Below, in pieces: positions 54,366 to 62,640 of a stretch of 64,000 nucleotides of DNA. The stretch comes from an uncultured delta proteobacterium (GTDB lineage: Bacteria > Myxococcota_A > Polyangia > Polyangiales > Polyangiaceae), in the NCBI GenBank assembly GCA_963806225.1, contig CAWDXG010000001.1:96001-160000 (forward strand), written 5' to 3'. Every line of letters begins with the position of its first letter. Position 1 is the first letter of the stretch. The position numbers and the translations under genes are program-made. The notes below the pieces were generated by a model. The model was not told the origin of the DNA, did no database searches, and was given only the letters and a program-made list of their open reading frames with translations.

Positions 54366-55022
54366 GCAGCTTCGTCTGGATGAAGGTTCTGGAGTCCGCG
54401 CCGGAGCGCTACGATCGCGGCATCAACATGCTGTCGGGCGGGCACATCGAGGAGGTGTATGAACGCATTGCCGGACGTGTAGCGTCGCCGGGCAAGCGCA
54501 TTCTCGATATCGGCTGTGGCACGGGCGGGGTGTCGCTGGCCTGCGCCGCGCGCGGCGCGACGGTGACGGGGATCGACATCGACAGCGGCATGCTCGAGGT
54601 GGCGCGGCACAAGCCCGTGCCGGACAAGGGCAGCGTGGAATTCGTCGAGCTCGGCGCCGCGGAAATCGAGGATCGCTTCGAGGAAGCAACCCTGGACGCG
54701 GTCGTGTCGTGCTCTGGCCATGAGCGAGCTGTCGCCCGACGAGCAGGACTACGCGCTCGGCATTGCCTTCTCGCGGCTGGTGCCCGGCGGAATGATCGTG
54801 ATCGCGGACGAGACCACGCCAACGAGCGGACTGTCGCGGCTCGTCTACCGGCTCAAGCGATTGCCCGTCGTCGCCGCTACCTACCTGCTCACCCAGACCA
54901 CGACGCGGCCCGTGAAGAATCTCGCGAGACGCATCGAAGCGGCGGGGTTCTCGCGCGTCGAGGAAGAACGACTCGGGTCGGGCAGCTTCGTGATCGTGCA
55001 GGGGGTGAAGGCGGCATCATGA
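54362..55022 (+). CDS. cpaM: Class I SAM methyltransferase, corrinoid-protein-associated (CpaM-like); frameshift near 54712
   Basis: MSSFVWMKVLESAPERYDRGI, ILDIGCGTG, GIDIDSGML; SELSPDE…LVPGG…ADE…TQTTTRPV in the +1 frame; ATGA-coupled on both sides. Confidence 0.8.
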
Positions 55023-56135
55023 GACCCATCGACCTGCCCGCGTACCTCCGCGATACGGCGCTGCGCATGTTCCCGCACAGCACGCGGACTGGGCTTGTGC
55101 GGATCGGCAACCCGGGGCGCGAATCACCGGCGCTGGTCACCGGCAATTTCACGCTCACCGTGCGGCGGCTCCGCGATACGCTGCGCGGGCGCGACGCCTG
55201 GCTGCTTGTCGCAAACAGCAAGGGTATCAACGTGTGGTGTGCGGCAGGCGGCGGGCACCTCACGCACCACGACATCATCTCGGTCATCCGCACCTCGCGC
55301 ATCGCGGAGCAGGTCGACCATCGCGAGGTCATCCTGCCGCAGCTGTGCGCGACGGGCGTCGAGCGGCGCCGCATCACCGAGACCACGGGCTTTGCGACGC
55401 GCTGGGGCCCGGCGCGGCTGGAGGATCTGCCGGCCTTCCTCGACCGCGGTGCGCGGGTGCACAAGCGGCGAGCGGTTCATGCGCTTCCCGCTCTGGGAAC
55501 GGCTCGAGATGGCGGCGATGTGGGGCGTGATGATGCTGGTCATCGCGCTGCCGATCGTTGCGGTCCTGGCCGGCTGGAAGAGCGCAGCGGCGACGGAAAT
55601 CGCGGTGGCGCTGATGGTCGCAGGACTGTTCGCGCTCGTGCCCTGGCTCCAGCTGCGCACGCTTGCGCGCTACTTGACGTTCGCGGCCTTCTGCGTTGCG
55701 GCGGCCCTGCTCGGCGCCGGGCTCCTGGTCGCGTTCGGAGCCTGGACACCCGGGCACGAGCTGGCGCTGGCGCTGACCTGCCTTGTCGCGATGGGCGTTC
55801 TCTCGGTCGATCTCGCCGGCACCACGCCCTGGTACGCGAGCTACATCAACTCGTTCCGCAACGAGCCGCACATCGAGCTCGTGGAGGAGCGCTGCACGGG
55901 AGCGGCGGACTGTGTGCAGGTGTGCCCGCGCGACGTGCTGAAGATGAACGGCACGCGCCGCAAGGTCGAGATCACGCACCCCGATCAGTGCATCCAGTGC
56001 GGCGCCTGCATCGTGCAGTGCCCGGAGGACGCCCTGCGCTTCCACTACGACGACGGCCGCATCGTCGAAGCGACGACCCTCCGCACCACGCGCATGAACA
56101 TGCTCGGGCGGCGCACGGTGGAAGTGAAGCAGTAG
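55019..56135 (+). CDS. HgcA-like corrinoid domain + TM helices + HgcB-like ferredoxin fusion (frameshift near 55465)
   Basis: GNPGRESPALVTGNFTLT, WLLVANSKGINVWCAAGGG (cap helix), ILPQLCATGV, WGPARLEDLPAFL; about 4 TM; CTGAADCVQVCP and CIQCGACIVQCP. Confidence 0.88.
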
Positions 56136-56144
56136 GCGCGCCGC

Positions 56145-56552
56145 TCAGTGGCCGGAAGCAGCGCCGGGCGGCGGACGGCCGTGGCGCTTGGCGAGCGCGG
56201 CGCGGTAGGCGTCGAATTTCTTCTGCTGGTCGGCATCGAGCACCGCGCGGATCTCGCTGTCGATCTGTGTCCGGAGCTTGTCGAAGGACGGCGCGCAGTG
56301 CTGGAAGGTCCGGTGGCGTTCGCCCTCGTGCTTGTCGAAGATCGCTTCTATCTGCGTGCGCTGCTCGCTCGTGAGATCGAGCTGTCGGCTCATCGCCTCC
56401 ATCCGGAAGTGGATCCACGCGCGGCCGGGCGGACCGGCAAGCTCATGGGCGAAGTGCATGCGGTGGTAGGCCTGCATTCCGAATGCGCCGGCCGCACCGC
56501 CCAGCACGAAGGTGGCGACGAGTACCGCAATCGACCTGGACTTGGGGCTCAC
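56145..56552 (-). CDS. Spy/CpxP/heavy-metal-sensor-like periplasmic protein
   Basis: N-terminal TM, QLDLTSEQRTQI and IRAVLDADQQKKF (LTxEQ-type) motifs, His-rich. Confidence 0.7.
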   Translation of the reverse strand: MSPKSRSIAVLVATFVLGGAAGAFGMQAYHRMHFAHELAGPPGRAWIHFRMEAMSRQLDLTSEQRTQIEAIFDKHEGERHRTFQHCAPSFDKLRTQIDSEIRAVLDADQQKKFDAYRAALAKRHGRPPPGAASGH

Positions 56553-56815
56553 TGGGAAAACTCCACCGGATCGAAGGCCGTGAGGGTGTTCCGGTCGAGG
56601 CGCGACTGCGCCTGGGTCGAGTACAGCGCTGCGGCTGCGGCTGCCATCGCGAAGGCGACCAGCGCGACGCGCCCGACCTGCCACATGCTCCGCTGCCACG
56701 ACCCCTCGCGCTCGACCGCAGCCATCACCCAGTCGGCGAAGCCGGACGCGGGCGCCACGCTGCTGGTCGAGCGCGCCAGCCGGGAAAGATGCTGATCGAT
56801 GTCGTGCTCGTTCAT
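56549..56815 (-). CDS. Putative anti-sigma factor (single TM)
   Basis: PASGFADWVMAAV motif plus TM; translationally coupled to the ECF sigma gene. Confidence 0.6.
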   Translation of the reverse strand: MNEHDIDQHLSRLARSTSSVAPASGFADWVMAAVEREGSWQRSMWQVGRVALVAFAMAAAAAALYSTQAQSRLDRNTLTAFDPVEFSQ

Positions 56816-57348
56816 GACCCACCTCGCCGGCGCCGGAGCGTGGAGCGCGCGCGGACCAGGCGCTGCTCCACCGCGCCTTCGCTGCAGCCGAGCGCATCGG
56901 CCGCTTCCAGCGCCGTCAGACCCTCGACCGCACACAGCACCAGCGCCGCGCGCTGCTCGGCTGGCAACTCATCGAGCCAGCTGCCGAGCTCGGACAGCGC
57001 CGCCCGTGACTCCGGGTCCAGCCCGGAATCGAAGCGGCCGTTGTCGAGCGCCGCGTCGTCGCCGGCGGGTCGCGCTGCCCGCCGGCGGAGCGCATCGATG
57101 CAGGCGTTGGTCACGATGCGCCGGAGCCAGGTGCGGACGCCCGCCCGCTCGTCGAAACGCCCCTCGGCGAGTGCGCGATAGGCCTTCACGTACGCCTCCT
57201 GCAGAACGTCCTCGGCGTCCGCCGTGCTGCCGAGGATGCGGGCCGCGAGCCGGTAGCTCTGCTTCTCCGTGTGTTCGACGATCGTGCGGAACGCTGCCGG
57301 ATCGCCACGAGCGACCCGGCGGGCGGATAGCGAGAGATCGGCTTCCAC
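56812..57348 (-). CDS. ECF RNA polymerase sigma factor
   Basis: GDPAAF, DAEDVLQEAYVKAY, TWLRRIVTNACIDALRRR, LPAEQRAALVL…EAADALG…RLVRAR. Confidence 0.92.
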   Translation of the reverse strand: MEADLSLSARRVARGDPAAFRTIVEHTEKQSYRLAARILGSTADAEDVLQEAYVKAYRALAEGRFDERAGVRTWLRRIVTNACIDALRRRAARPAGDDAALDNGRFDSGLDPESRAALSELGSWLDELPAEQRAALVLCAVEGLTALEAADALGCSEGAVEQRLVRARSTLRRRRGGS

Positions 57349-57547
57349 GGCGTTCCGGTTTGCGTCTCACGTGCAGATGGGCGTGGCCCGGTCACGACTT
57401 TGCTCCTGGTCACGGTTTTGCGCCAGCCCTCCGGTCCAGCATCTTGGCGAGCTGGGTACGCTGGTCGGGCGTCAGCGATCCTTCCCGGGGCGAGGCCCCG
57501 TGCTTCTTCCACTTCGGACGCAGCCGGCGCCCGGATCCCTACGCCGA

Positions 57548-59122
57548 TCAGAACAGCCCCCTCTGTGTGCGCACGAAGCCGACCTTCCGTGCGCGGGTGC
57601 GTGCGCCCTCGATGGCGCTCTGCTTGACGGCGCCGGCGTGTGCGCGCAGGAGCTCGCCGGTCAGGTGCTCGAGCGCCAGGATCGCATCCACGCGATCGAC
57701 TCGCGCACGTTCCACGGACAGCTCTGCCTGACGCAGCGCATCCTGGGCCTGCTGGACCTCTATCGCCGTGCCAGCGCCCCGGGCATAGCGGGCCTGCTGG
57801 GCAGTGAACTGTTTCTTGGCTGCTTCCGCGGCGGCCTCGGCGAGCTTGACGCGGCGCTCGGCGCCTCTGGCCTGCGCCAGCTGGCTGGCGGCCTGCGACT
57901 CGGCCTGCTGGCGCGCCGCGGACAGCTTCGCCTCGGCGCTGTCGACGGCGAGCATCGCCGAGCGGCGCTGGGCGCTCATCGTGGTGTCGCTCAGCGGCAG
58001 CTCGAACACGATGCCGATGTGCGCGCTCAGGGCCTGCCCGGTTCCGAAGCGCGCGAATGCGGGCGGCACTTCCTTGTACGCGAGCCCCTCGGACTGCACG
58101 TAGCCTTCGAGATCCAGTCGCGGCCGCTGGTTTTCCCCCGCGGTCTTCAGCCTGTCGCGGGCCACGTCGAGCTGCGCCTGCGCGGCCTTGACCTCGAGCG
58201 ACTGGTCGACGGCGGCTTTCAACACGTCGCGGCGCGACGGGGGCGTGCGCAGATCCTCCGCAGGCGTCTGGTCGCTCGTCTGCACGCCGTTCACGAAGTC
58301 GCCGCTTCCCAGAAGTTGTTGCAGCTGGAGCGCCTGCTGCTGGCGCTGCACCTCGGCGCTGGCGAGCGACTGATCGCGTTGGGCGACCTGTGTCTCGAAG
58401 CTCAGCACGTCGATCGGGGCCAGCGCGCCCGACTGCTGGCGCTGGCGGGCCTCGTCGCGCTGTTTGACGGCCAGATCGCGCGAGCTCTTCTCGATCTCGA
58501 CCGAGCGGTCCCGGTACCAGAGCTCCCAGTAGGCGGTCAGCACGTCGCGCAGGAGCTGGCTGGCAGCGACATCCTGGGCGCGCTCGCTGGCGGTGCGGGC
58601 CAGGCGCGCCTGGCGCAGCGCCGCTTCACCCACGTCGGTCCCGGCGCCGCGCAGCAGCGGCTGCACCAACGTGAGGCGGCCGGTCAGGTCGTAGCCGGGG
58701 CCGAGCGTGACGTACTGGTCGGTGCCGGGCACCGTCTGCGTCTTGTTGGTCGACCGGGTGCCGTCCACGCGAAGTGTCAGCTGGGTGCCCCAGGGGAAGG
58801 TGTGGCTGAGCTGCGAGCCCACGGCCCACGTGTTGCCCTTCGAGACGCTCACCTCGCCGCTGGCGCCCGATCTGAGCCGGGGCGACTCGTTGTGCGTGAA
58901 GCCCGCATCCGCCTCGAATACCGGCACGAACCTGCCTTCCTCGGCGAGCACGTCCTGCTGGGCGGCGGCCGCGTCGATCATCGAGGCCTGCAGCGAAGGA
59001 TTTTTCGCCAGCGCCTCCTCGATCGCCTGGCGCTCGGTCAGGGTGAGGGTCTGTTGCGCGGTGGCGACCGCGGGAAACGAGGCGAAAAGGACGACGGCTG
59101 AGAGCGGCAGGAGCTTGTTCAT
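57548..59122 (-). CDS. tolC: TolC family outer membrane efflux protein
   Basis: Signal peptide, AIEEALAKNPSL, QPLLRGAG, AYWEL, RPRLDL, RYARGAGT…LEHLTG. Confidence 0.88.
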   Translation of the reverse strand: MNKLLPLSAVVLFASFPAVATAQQTLTLTERQAIEEALAKNPSLQASMIDAAAAQQDVLAEEGRFVPVFEADAGFTHNESPRLRSGASGEVSVSKGNTWAVGSQLSHTFPWGTQLTLRVDGTRSTNKTQTVPGTDQYVTLGPGYDLTGRLTLVQPLLRGAGTDVGEAALRQARLARTASERAQDVAASQLLRDVLTAYWELWYRDRSVEIEKSSRDLAVKQRDEARQRQQSGALAPIDVLSFETQVAQRDQSLASAEVQRQQQALQLQQLLGSGDFVNGVQTSDQTPAEDLRTPPSRRDVLKAAVDQSLEVKAAQAQLDVARDRLKTAGENQRPRLDLEGYVQSEGLAYKEVPPAFARFGTGQALSAHIGIVFELPLSDTTMSAQRRSAMLAVDSAEAKLSAARQQAESQAASQLAQARGAERRVKLAEAAAEAAKKQFTAQQARYARGAGTAIEVQQAQDALRQAELSVERARVDRVDAILALEHLTGELLRAHAGAVKQSAIEGARTRARKVGFVRTQRGLF

Positions 59123-59317
59123 GGCGCAGGGCATCGATGGGGTTGAGGCGCGCGGCCTTTCCGGGGGCGAAGGCAGAGCCGTCGGCGGCTCCCACGGGGA
59201 CTGTTCGCGGGGAGCGCGGCGATTATTTCAAGGCCGCGCCGCCTTTCGTGAAGGCCGGGTTCGTGCAGGACGCTACTCATGGCGCAGGGCATCGATGGGG
59301 TTGAGGCGCGCCGCCTT
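59119..59317. repeat. 41-bp direct duplication of the permease 3' end flanking a hairpin-rich spacer
   Basis: 59119-59159 equals 59277-59317 with 1 mismatch; both encode KAARLNPIDALRHE. Confidence 0.9.
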
Positions 59318-60481
59318 GCGGGCCGGCAGATAGCCGAACAGAACGCCGACGAGCGCCGAGAACACGAAGGCCAGAATGGTCAGGCCCGGGGAGACAACGA
59401 ACGGCAGGCCCATGCTGTGCGTCGCCGCATAGGCGCCGATCGTGCCGAGGACGACGCCGATGACGCCGCCCAGCGTGGAGAGCACGATGGCTTCCACGAG
59501 GAACTGCAGCAGCACCTCGTTGCCAAGCGCGCCGATCGCGAGGCGGATGCCGATTTCGCGTGTGCGCTCGGTGACCGACACCAGCATGATGTTCATGATG
59601 CCGATGCCGCCCACCAGCAGGCTGACGGCTGCAATAGCGCCGAGCAGCGCCGTCAGCGCGCCGGTCGTCTGCGAGACAGTGTCGACAATTTCCTGCATGT
59701 CGCGCACGTTGAAGTCGTCCTCCGCTCCCGGGGCAACGTGGCGCCGTTCGCGCAGGAGCGACTCGATCTGGGCCTTGACCCGCGACGTGTCGTTCTTGCT
59801 CGTCACCGAGACGAAGACGGTTGGAATGTCGCGATTGCCAACGATGCGACGTTGCACGGCCGTGAGCGGCATCACGATCAGGTCGTCCTGGTCGGAGCCC
59901 ATCGCGCTCGACCCCTTCGCGGTCAAGACGCCGATCACGGTGCAGGGCGTGCGCCCGAGGCGGATGGCGGCGCCAATCGCGCTCTCGCGTCCGAAGAGCT
60001 CCTTGCGCGTGGTCTCGCCGATCACGCACACCGAGGCGGCGCCGGACTCATCGGCTGCGTTCAGGAGCCGCCCCTGTGCGATCGTGTAGTTCCTGACTTC
60101 GAAGAAGGCAGGCGTCGAGCCGTAGATCTGTGTGCGCCAGTTGGTGTTGCCGTAGACGGCGACGATCGCCTTGGCAGAAGTGGGCGCGATGGCCTTCAGG
60201 CCGGAGATCTGTTTCCTGATCGCGGCCACATCCGACATCTCGAAGGGGGTTGTCCCCGAGCTGGGGGCGCCATGGTGACGGTCTGCGCCCGGGCTCAGGA
60301 TGAGCAGGTTGTCGCCGAGGGCGGAGATGCGTTCGGTGACACTGGCCGTGGCGCCCTGCCCAATCGACACCATGGCGATGACGGCGCCCACGCCTATCAC
60401 GACGCCGAGCATGGTGAGGAAGGAGCGCATGGTGTTGCGCCGGATCTCCCGCAGCGACATGTGCAGGATGCTCCAGAGCAT
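59273..60481 (-). CDS. macB: MacB-type ABC transporter permease
   Basis: RSFLTMLGVVIGVGAVI, SLLVGGIGIMNIMLVSVTERTREIGIRLAIGA, PARKAARLNPIDALRHE. Confidence 0.95.
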   Translation of the reverse strand: MLWSILHMSLREIRRNTMRSFLTMLGVVIGVGAVIAMVSIGQGATASVTERISALGDNLLILSPGADRHHGAPSSGTTPFEMSDVAAIRKQISGLKAIAPTSAKAIVAVYGNTNWRTQIYGSTPAFFEVRNYTIAQGRLLNAADESGAASVCVIGETTRKELFGRESAIGAAIRLGRTPCTVIGVLTAKGSSAMGSDQDDLIVMPLTAVQRRIVGNRDIPTVFVSVTSKNDTSRVKAQIESLLRERRHVAPGAEDDFNVRDMQEIVDTVSQTTGALTALLGAIAAVSLLVGGIGIMNIMLVSVTERTREIGIRLAIGALGNEVLLQFLVEAIVLSTLGGVIGVVLGTIGAYAATHSMGLPFVVSPGLTILAFVFSALVGVLFGYLPARKAARLNPIDALRHE

Positions 60482-61206
60482 CAGCTGCGTCCTCCCGTGA
60501 GTTGGTCGTCGAGGATGCGGCCGTCCTTGAACGTCACGATGCGCGAGCCGTACGCGGCGAGATCCGGCTCGTGCGTGACCATCACGATGGTCAGCCCGCG
60601 TTCGCGGTTGAGCTGGACGAGCAGCTTCATCACTTCTGCGCTCCGCGCCGAGTCGAGGTTGCCCGTCGGCTCGTCGGCGAGCAGAAGCGCGGGGTCGACC
60701 ACCAGCGCGCGGGCGATCGCGACGCGCTGCTGCTGCCCGCCCGAAAGCTCCGACGGCGTGTGGTGCTCGCGCCCTTCCAGACCCACGATCGCAAGCGCCT
60801 GCATCGCGCGGTGATGCCGCTCCTCGGCCGGGACGCGCTTGTAGATGAGCGGCAGCTCGGTGTTCTCCAGGGCGGTGGTGCGGGCGAGCAGGTTGAAGCC
60901 CTGGAAGACGAAGCCGATGTAGTTCCGCCTGAGCAGCGCCTGCTGGTCGCGATCGAGCTTGCCCACGTCGACGCCGCGGAAGAAGTAGCTACCGTCCGTC
61001 GGTACATCGAGGCAGCCGATGATGTTCATGCAGGTGGACTTGCCCGACCCGCTCGAACCCATGATCGAGACGAACTCGCCCGGGTAGATCGATAGGTCGA
61101 TGCCGTCGAGCGCGCGGACCTCCGACGCGCCTTCGCCGTACACCTTGGTGATGCCGCGGAGCGCGAACCACGGCTCCGTGGACACTTCGCTCGCGGCGGC
61201 GGCCAT
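60481..61206 (-). CDS. MacB/LolD-type ABC transporter ATP-binding protein
   Basis: GSSGSGKST, GFVFQGFNLL, LSGGQQQRVAIARAL, LLADEPTGNLD, VTHE. Confidence 0.95.
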   Translation of the reverse strand: MAAAASEVSTEPWFALRGITKVYGEGASEVRALDGIDLSIYPGEFVSIMGSSGSGKSTCMNIIGCLDVPTDGSYFFRGVDVGKLDRDQQALLRRNYIGFVFQGFNLLARTTALENTELPLIYKRVPAEERHHRAMQALAIVGLEGREHHTPSELSGGQQQRVAIARALVVDPALLLADEPTGNLDSARSAEVMKLLVQLNRERGLTIVMVTHEPDLAAYGSRIVTFKDGRILDDQLTGGRS

Positions 61207-62513
61207 CAGCCACCTCCGGTTACGTCCACGATGACCTTCTGGCCCGGTTTCACGCCCGAGAGCACCTCGGTCACCTGACCGTCCGAGACGCCGATCTTGA
61301 CGGCAACGCGCTTGGGTTGGTTGTTGGCGAGCACCCAGACGTGCGGCGCGTTCGGGTCTTCCTTCTTCTTGGGTGCCGCCCCGGCGGGTGGGCGGCTGCG
61401 GCCCGAGAACATGCGCAGGCCGGGAGGACCACCGTGCCCGCTGCTCCCCGTCGACGGCGGCTTGAAGCGCAGCGCGGCGTTCGGCACCAGGATGGCGTTG
61501 TCGCGGTGCACGGTCACGATCGTGGCGGTCGCGGTCATGCCTGGCCGCAGCACACCGTCCGCGTTGTCGACGCGTAGAATGGCTTCGTACGTGACCACGT
61601 TGTCGACCGTGGTCGGCACGTTGCGGAGTTGCTTCAGCGTCGCGGGGAACTTCCTGTTGGGATAGGCGTCGACGGTGAAGCTCGCGTCCTGGCCCTGCTT
61701 GACGCGGCCGATGTCGGCCTCGTCGATCGCAATCGAGAGCTGCATCTCTTTCAGATCCCGGGCGAGCGTGAACAGCACCGGGGTCTGGAAGCCCGAGGTC
61801 ACGGTCTGGCCGACCTCGACCGCCCGTGACAGCACCACGCCGTCGATGGGCGACTTGATCTTCGCCTTGTCGAGGTTGGTCTGCGCCTGCTCGAGCGCAG
61901 CGCGGGCCAGTGCGATGTCCGCGGCCGACGATCTGACCTGTGCCTGGGCGCGCTCGGCCGCGGCGTCTGCCGACTCCAGATCCTGGTCCGAGATCAAGCC
62001 CTGTTTGGAGAGCGTGTGCTGTCGCGCGGCGACCAGCTTGGTCTCCTTGGCGGTGGCTTTGGCGCTGGCATACGACGCCTGCGCCGACACCAGCCTGGCG
62101 CTCGCCTGGTTGCGCGACGCGGTGAGCTGTTCTGGATCGATCTCGAGCAGCAGCTCGCCCTTCTTCACGCGGTCGTTGAAGTCCGCGTGGATGGCCATGA
62201 TGCTGCCAGTGACCTGGGCGCCCACCTCGACGGTGTCGACGCCCGAGAGCGTGCCCGTCGCGGTCACGGTGGCGTTGAGGTCGCCCTGCTGGACCGCCTC
62301 GGTCGAGTACTTCGGGACGTTCTGCTTCGCTGCCGACTTGCGCCATGCGAGGAAAGCCACCACGCCGCCCGCCACCACCAGAAGCGGCACGATGCGCCAG
62401 ATCCAGCGCCGCACACGGTGTGAGCGGCCCATACCGACCTTCTGGCGGAGCTCGGTGGCGGCGTCCTTGGCGATTCCGTTCTCGACGCTTCCCGGCTGAT
62501 TCGCGTTGCTCAT
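61206..62513 (-). CDS. macA: Efflux periplasmic adaptor subunit (MacA-like)
   Basis: VTATGTL…VGAQVTG, IKSPIDGVV…GQTV, EADIGRVKQGQ…FTVDAYP, LRPGMTA, VPNAAL. Confidence 0.92.
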   Translation of the reverse strand: MSNANQPGSVENGIAKDAATELRQKVGMGRSHRVRRWIWRIVPLLVVAGGVVAFLAWRKSAAKQNVPKYSTEAVQQGDLNATVTATGTLSGVDTVEVGAQVTGSIMAIHADFNDRVKKGELLLEIDPEQLTASRNQASARLVSAQASYASAKATAKETKLVAARQHTLSKQGLISDQDLESADAAAERAQAQVRSSAADIALARAALEQAQTNLDKAKIKSPIDGVVLSRAVEVGQTVTSGFQTPVLFTLARDLKEMQLSIAIDEADIGRVKQGQDASFTVDAYPNRKFPATLKQLRNVPTTVDNVVTYEAILRVDNADGVLRPGMTATATIVTVHRDNAILVPNAALRFKPPSTGSSGHGGPPGLRMFSGRSRPPAGAAPKKKEDPNAPHVWVLANNQPKRVAVKIGVSDGQVTEVLSGVKPGQKVIVDVTGGG

Positions 62514-62560
62514 CCAAGCCCCCCGACGCAGGTCATGCGCCGTTCCCTACGGTTGCCCCG

Positions 62561-62591
62561 CCGATTTCCATCCGTTGTGGGTGGAAATCGG
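62561..62591. promoter_or_regulatory. 10-bp perfect inverted repeat in divergent intergenic region
   Basis: CCGATTTCCA-N11-TGGAAATCGG. Confidence 0.5.
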
Positions 62592-62640
62592 TGCGAGTCC
62601 TCGCTTCCATGCCGTCCTGGGCTCGTGAGAGCCTGGCTTC

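Noticed and set aside
55019..56135. Calling this a bona fide mercury methylation locus (hgcA/hgcB)
   Set aside because: Fused architecture, GGG instead of GK after the cap-helix Cys motif, a degenerate first Fe-S motif and no C-terminal Cys; tested fused homologs did not methylate Hg.
53750..56374. 874-aa ORF appearing to fuse TetR, methyltransferase and HgcA-like domains
   Set aside because: Artefact: each gene has one +1 indel and each junction is an ATGA overlap, which returns the next gene's N-terminus to the same frame. The true C-termini and stops lie in the +1 frame.
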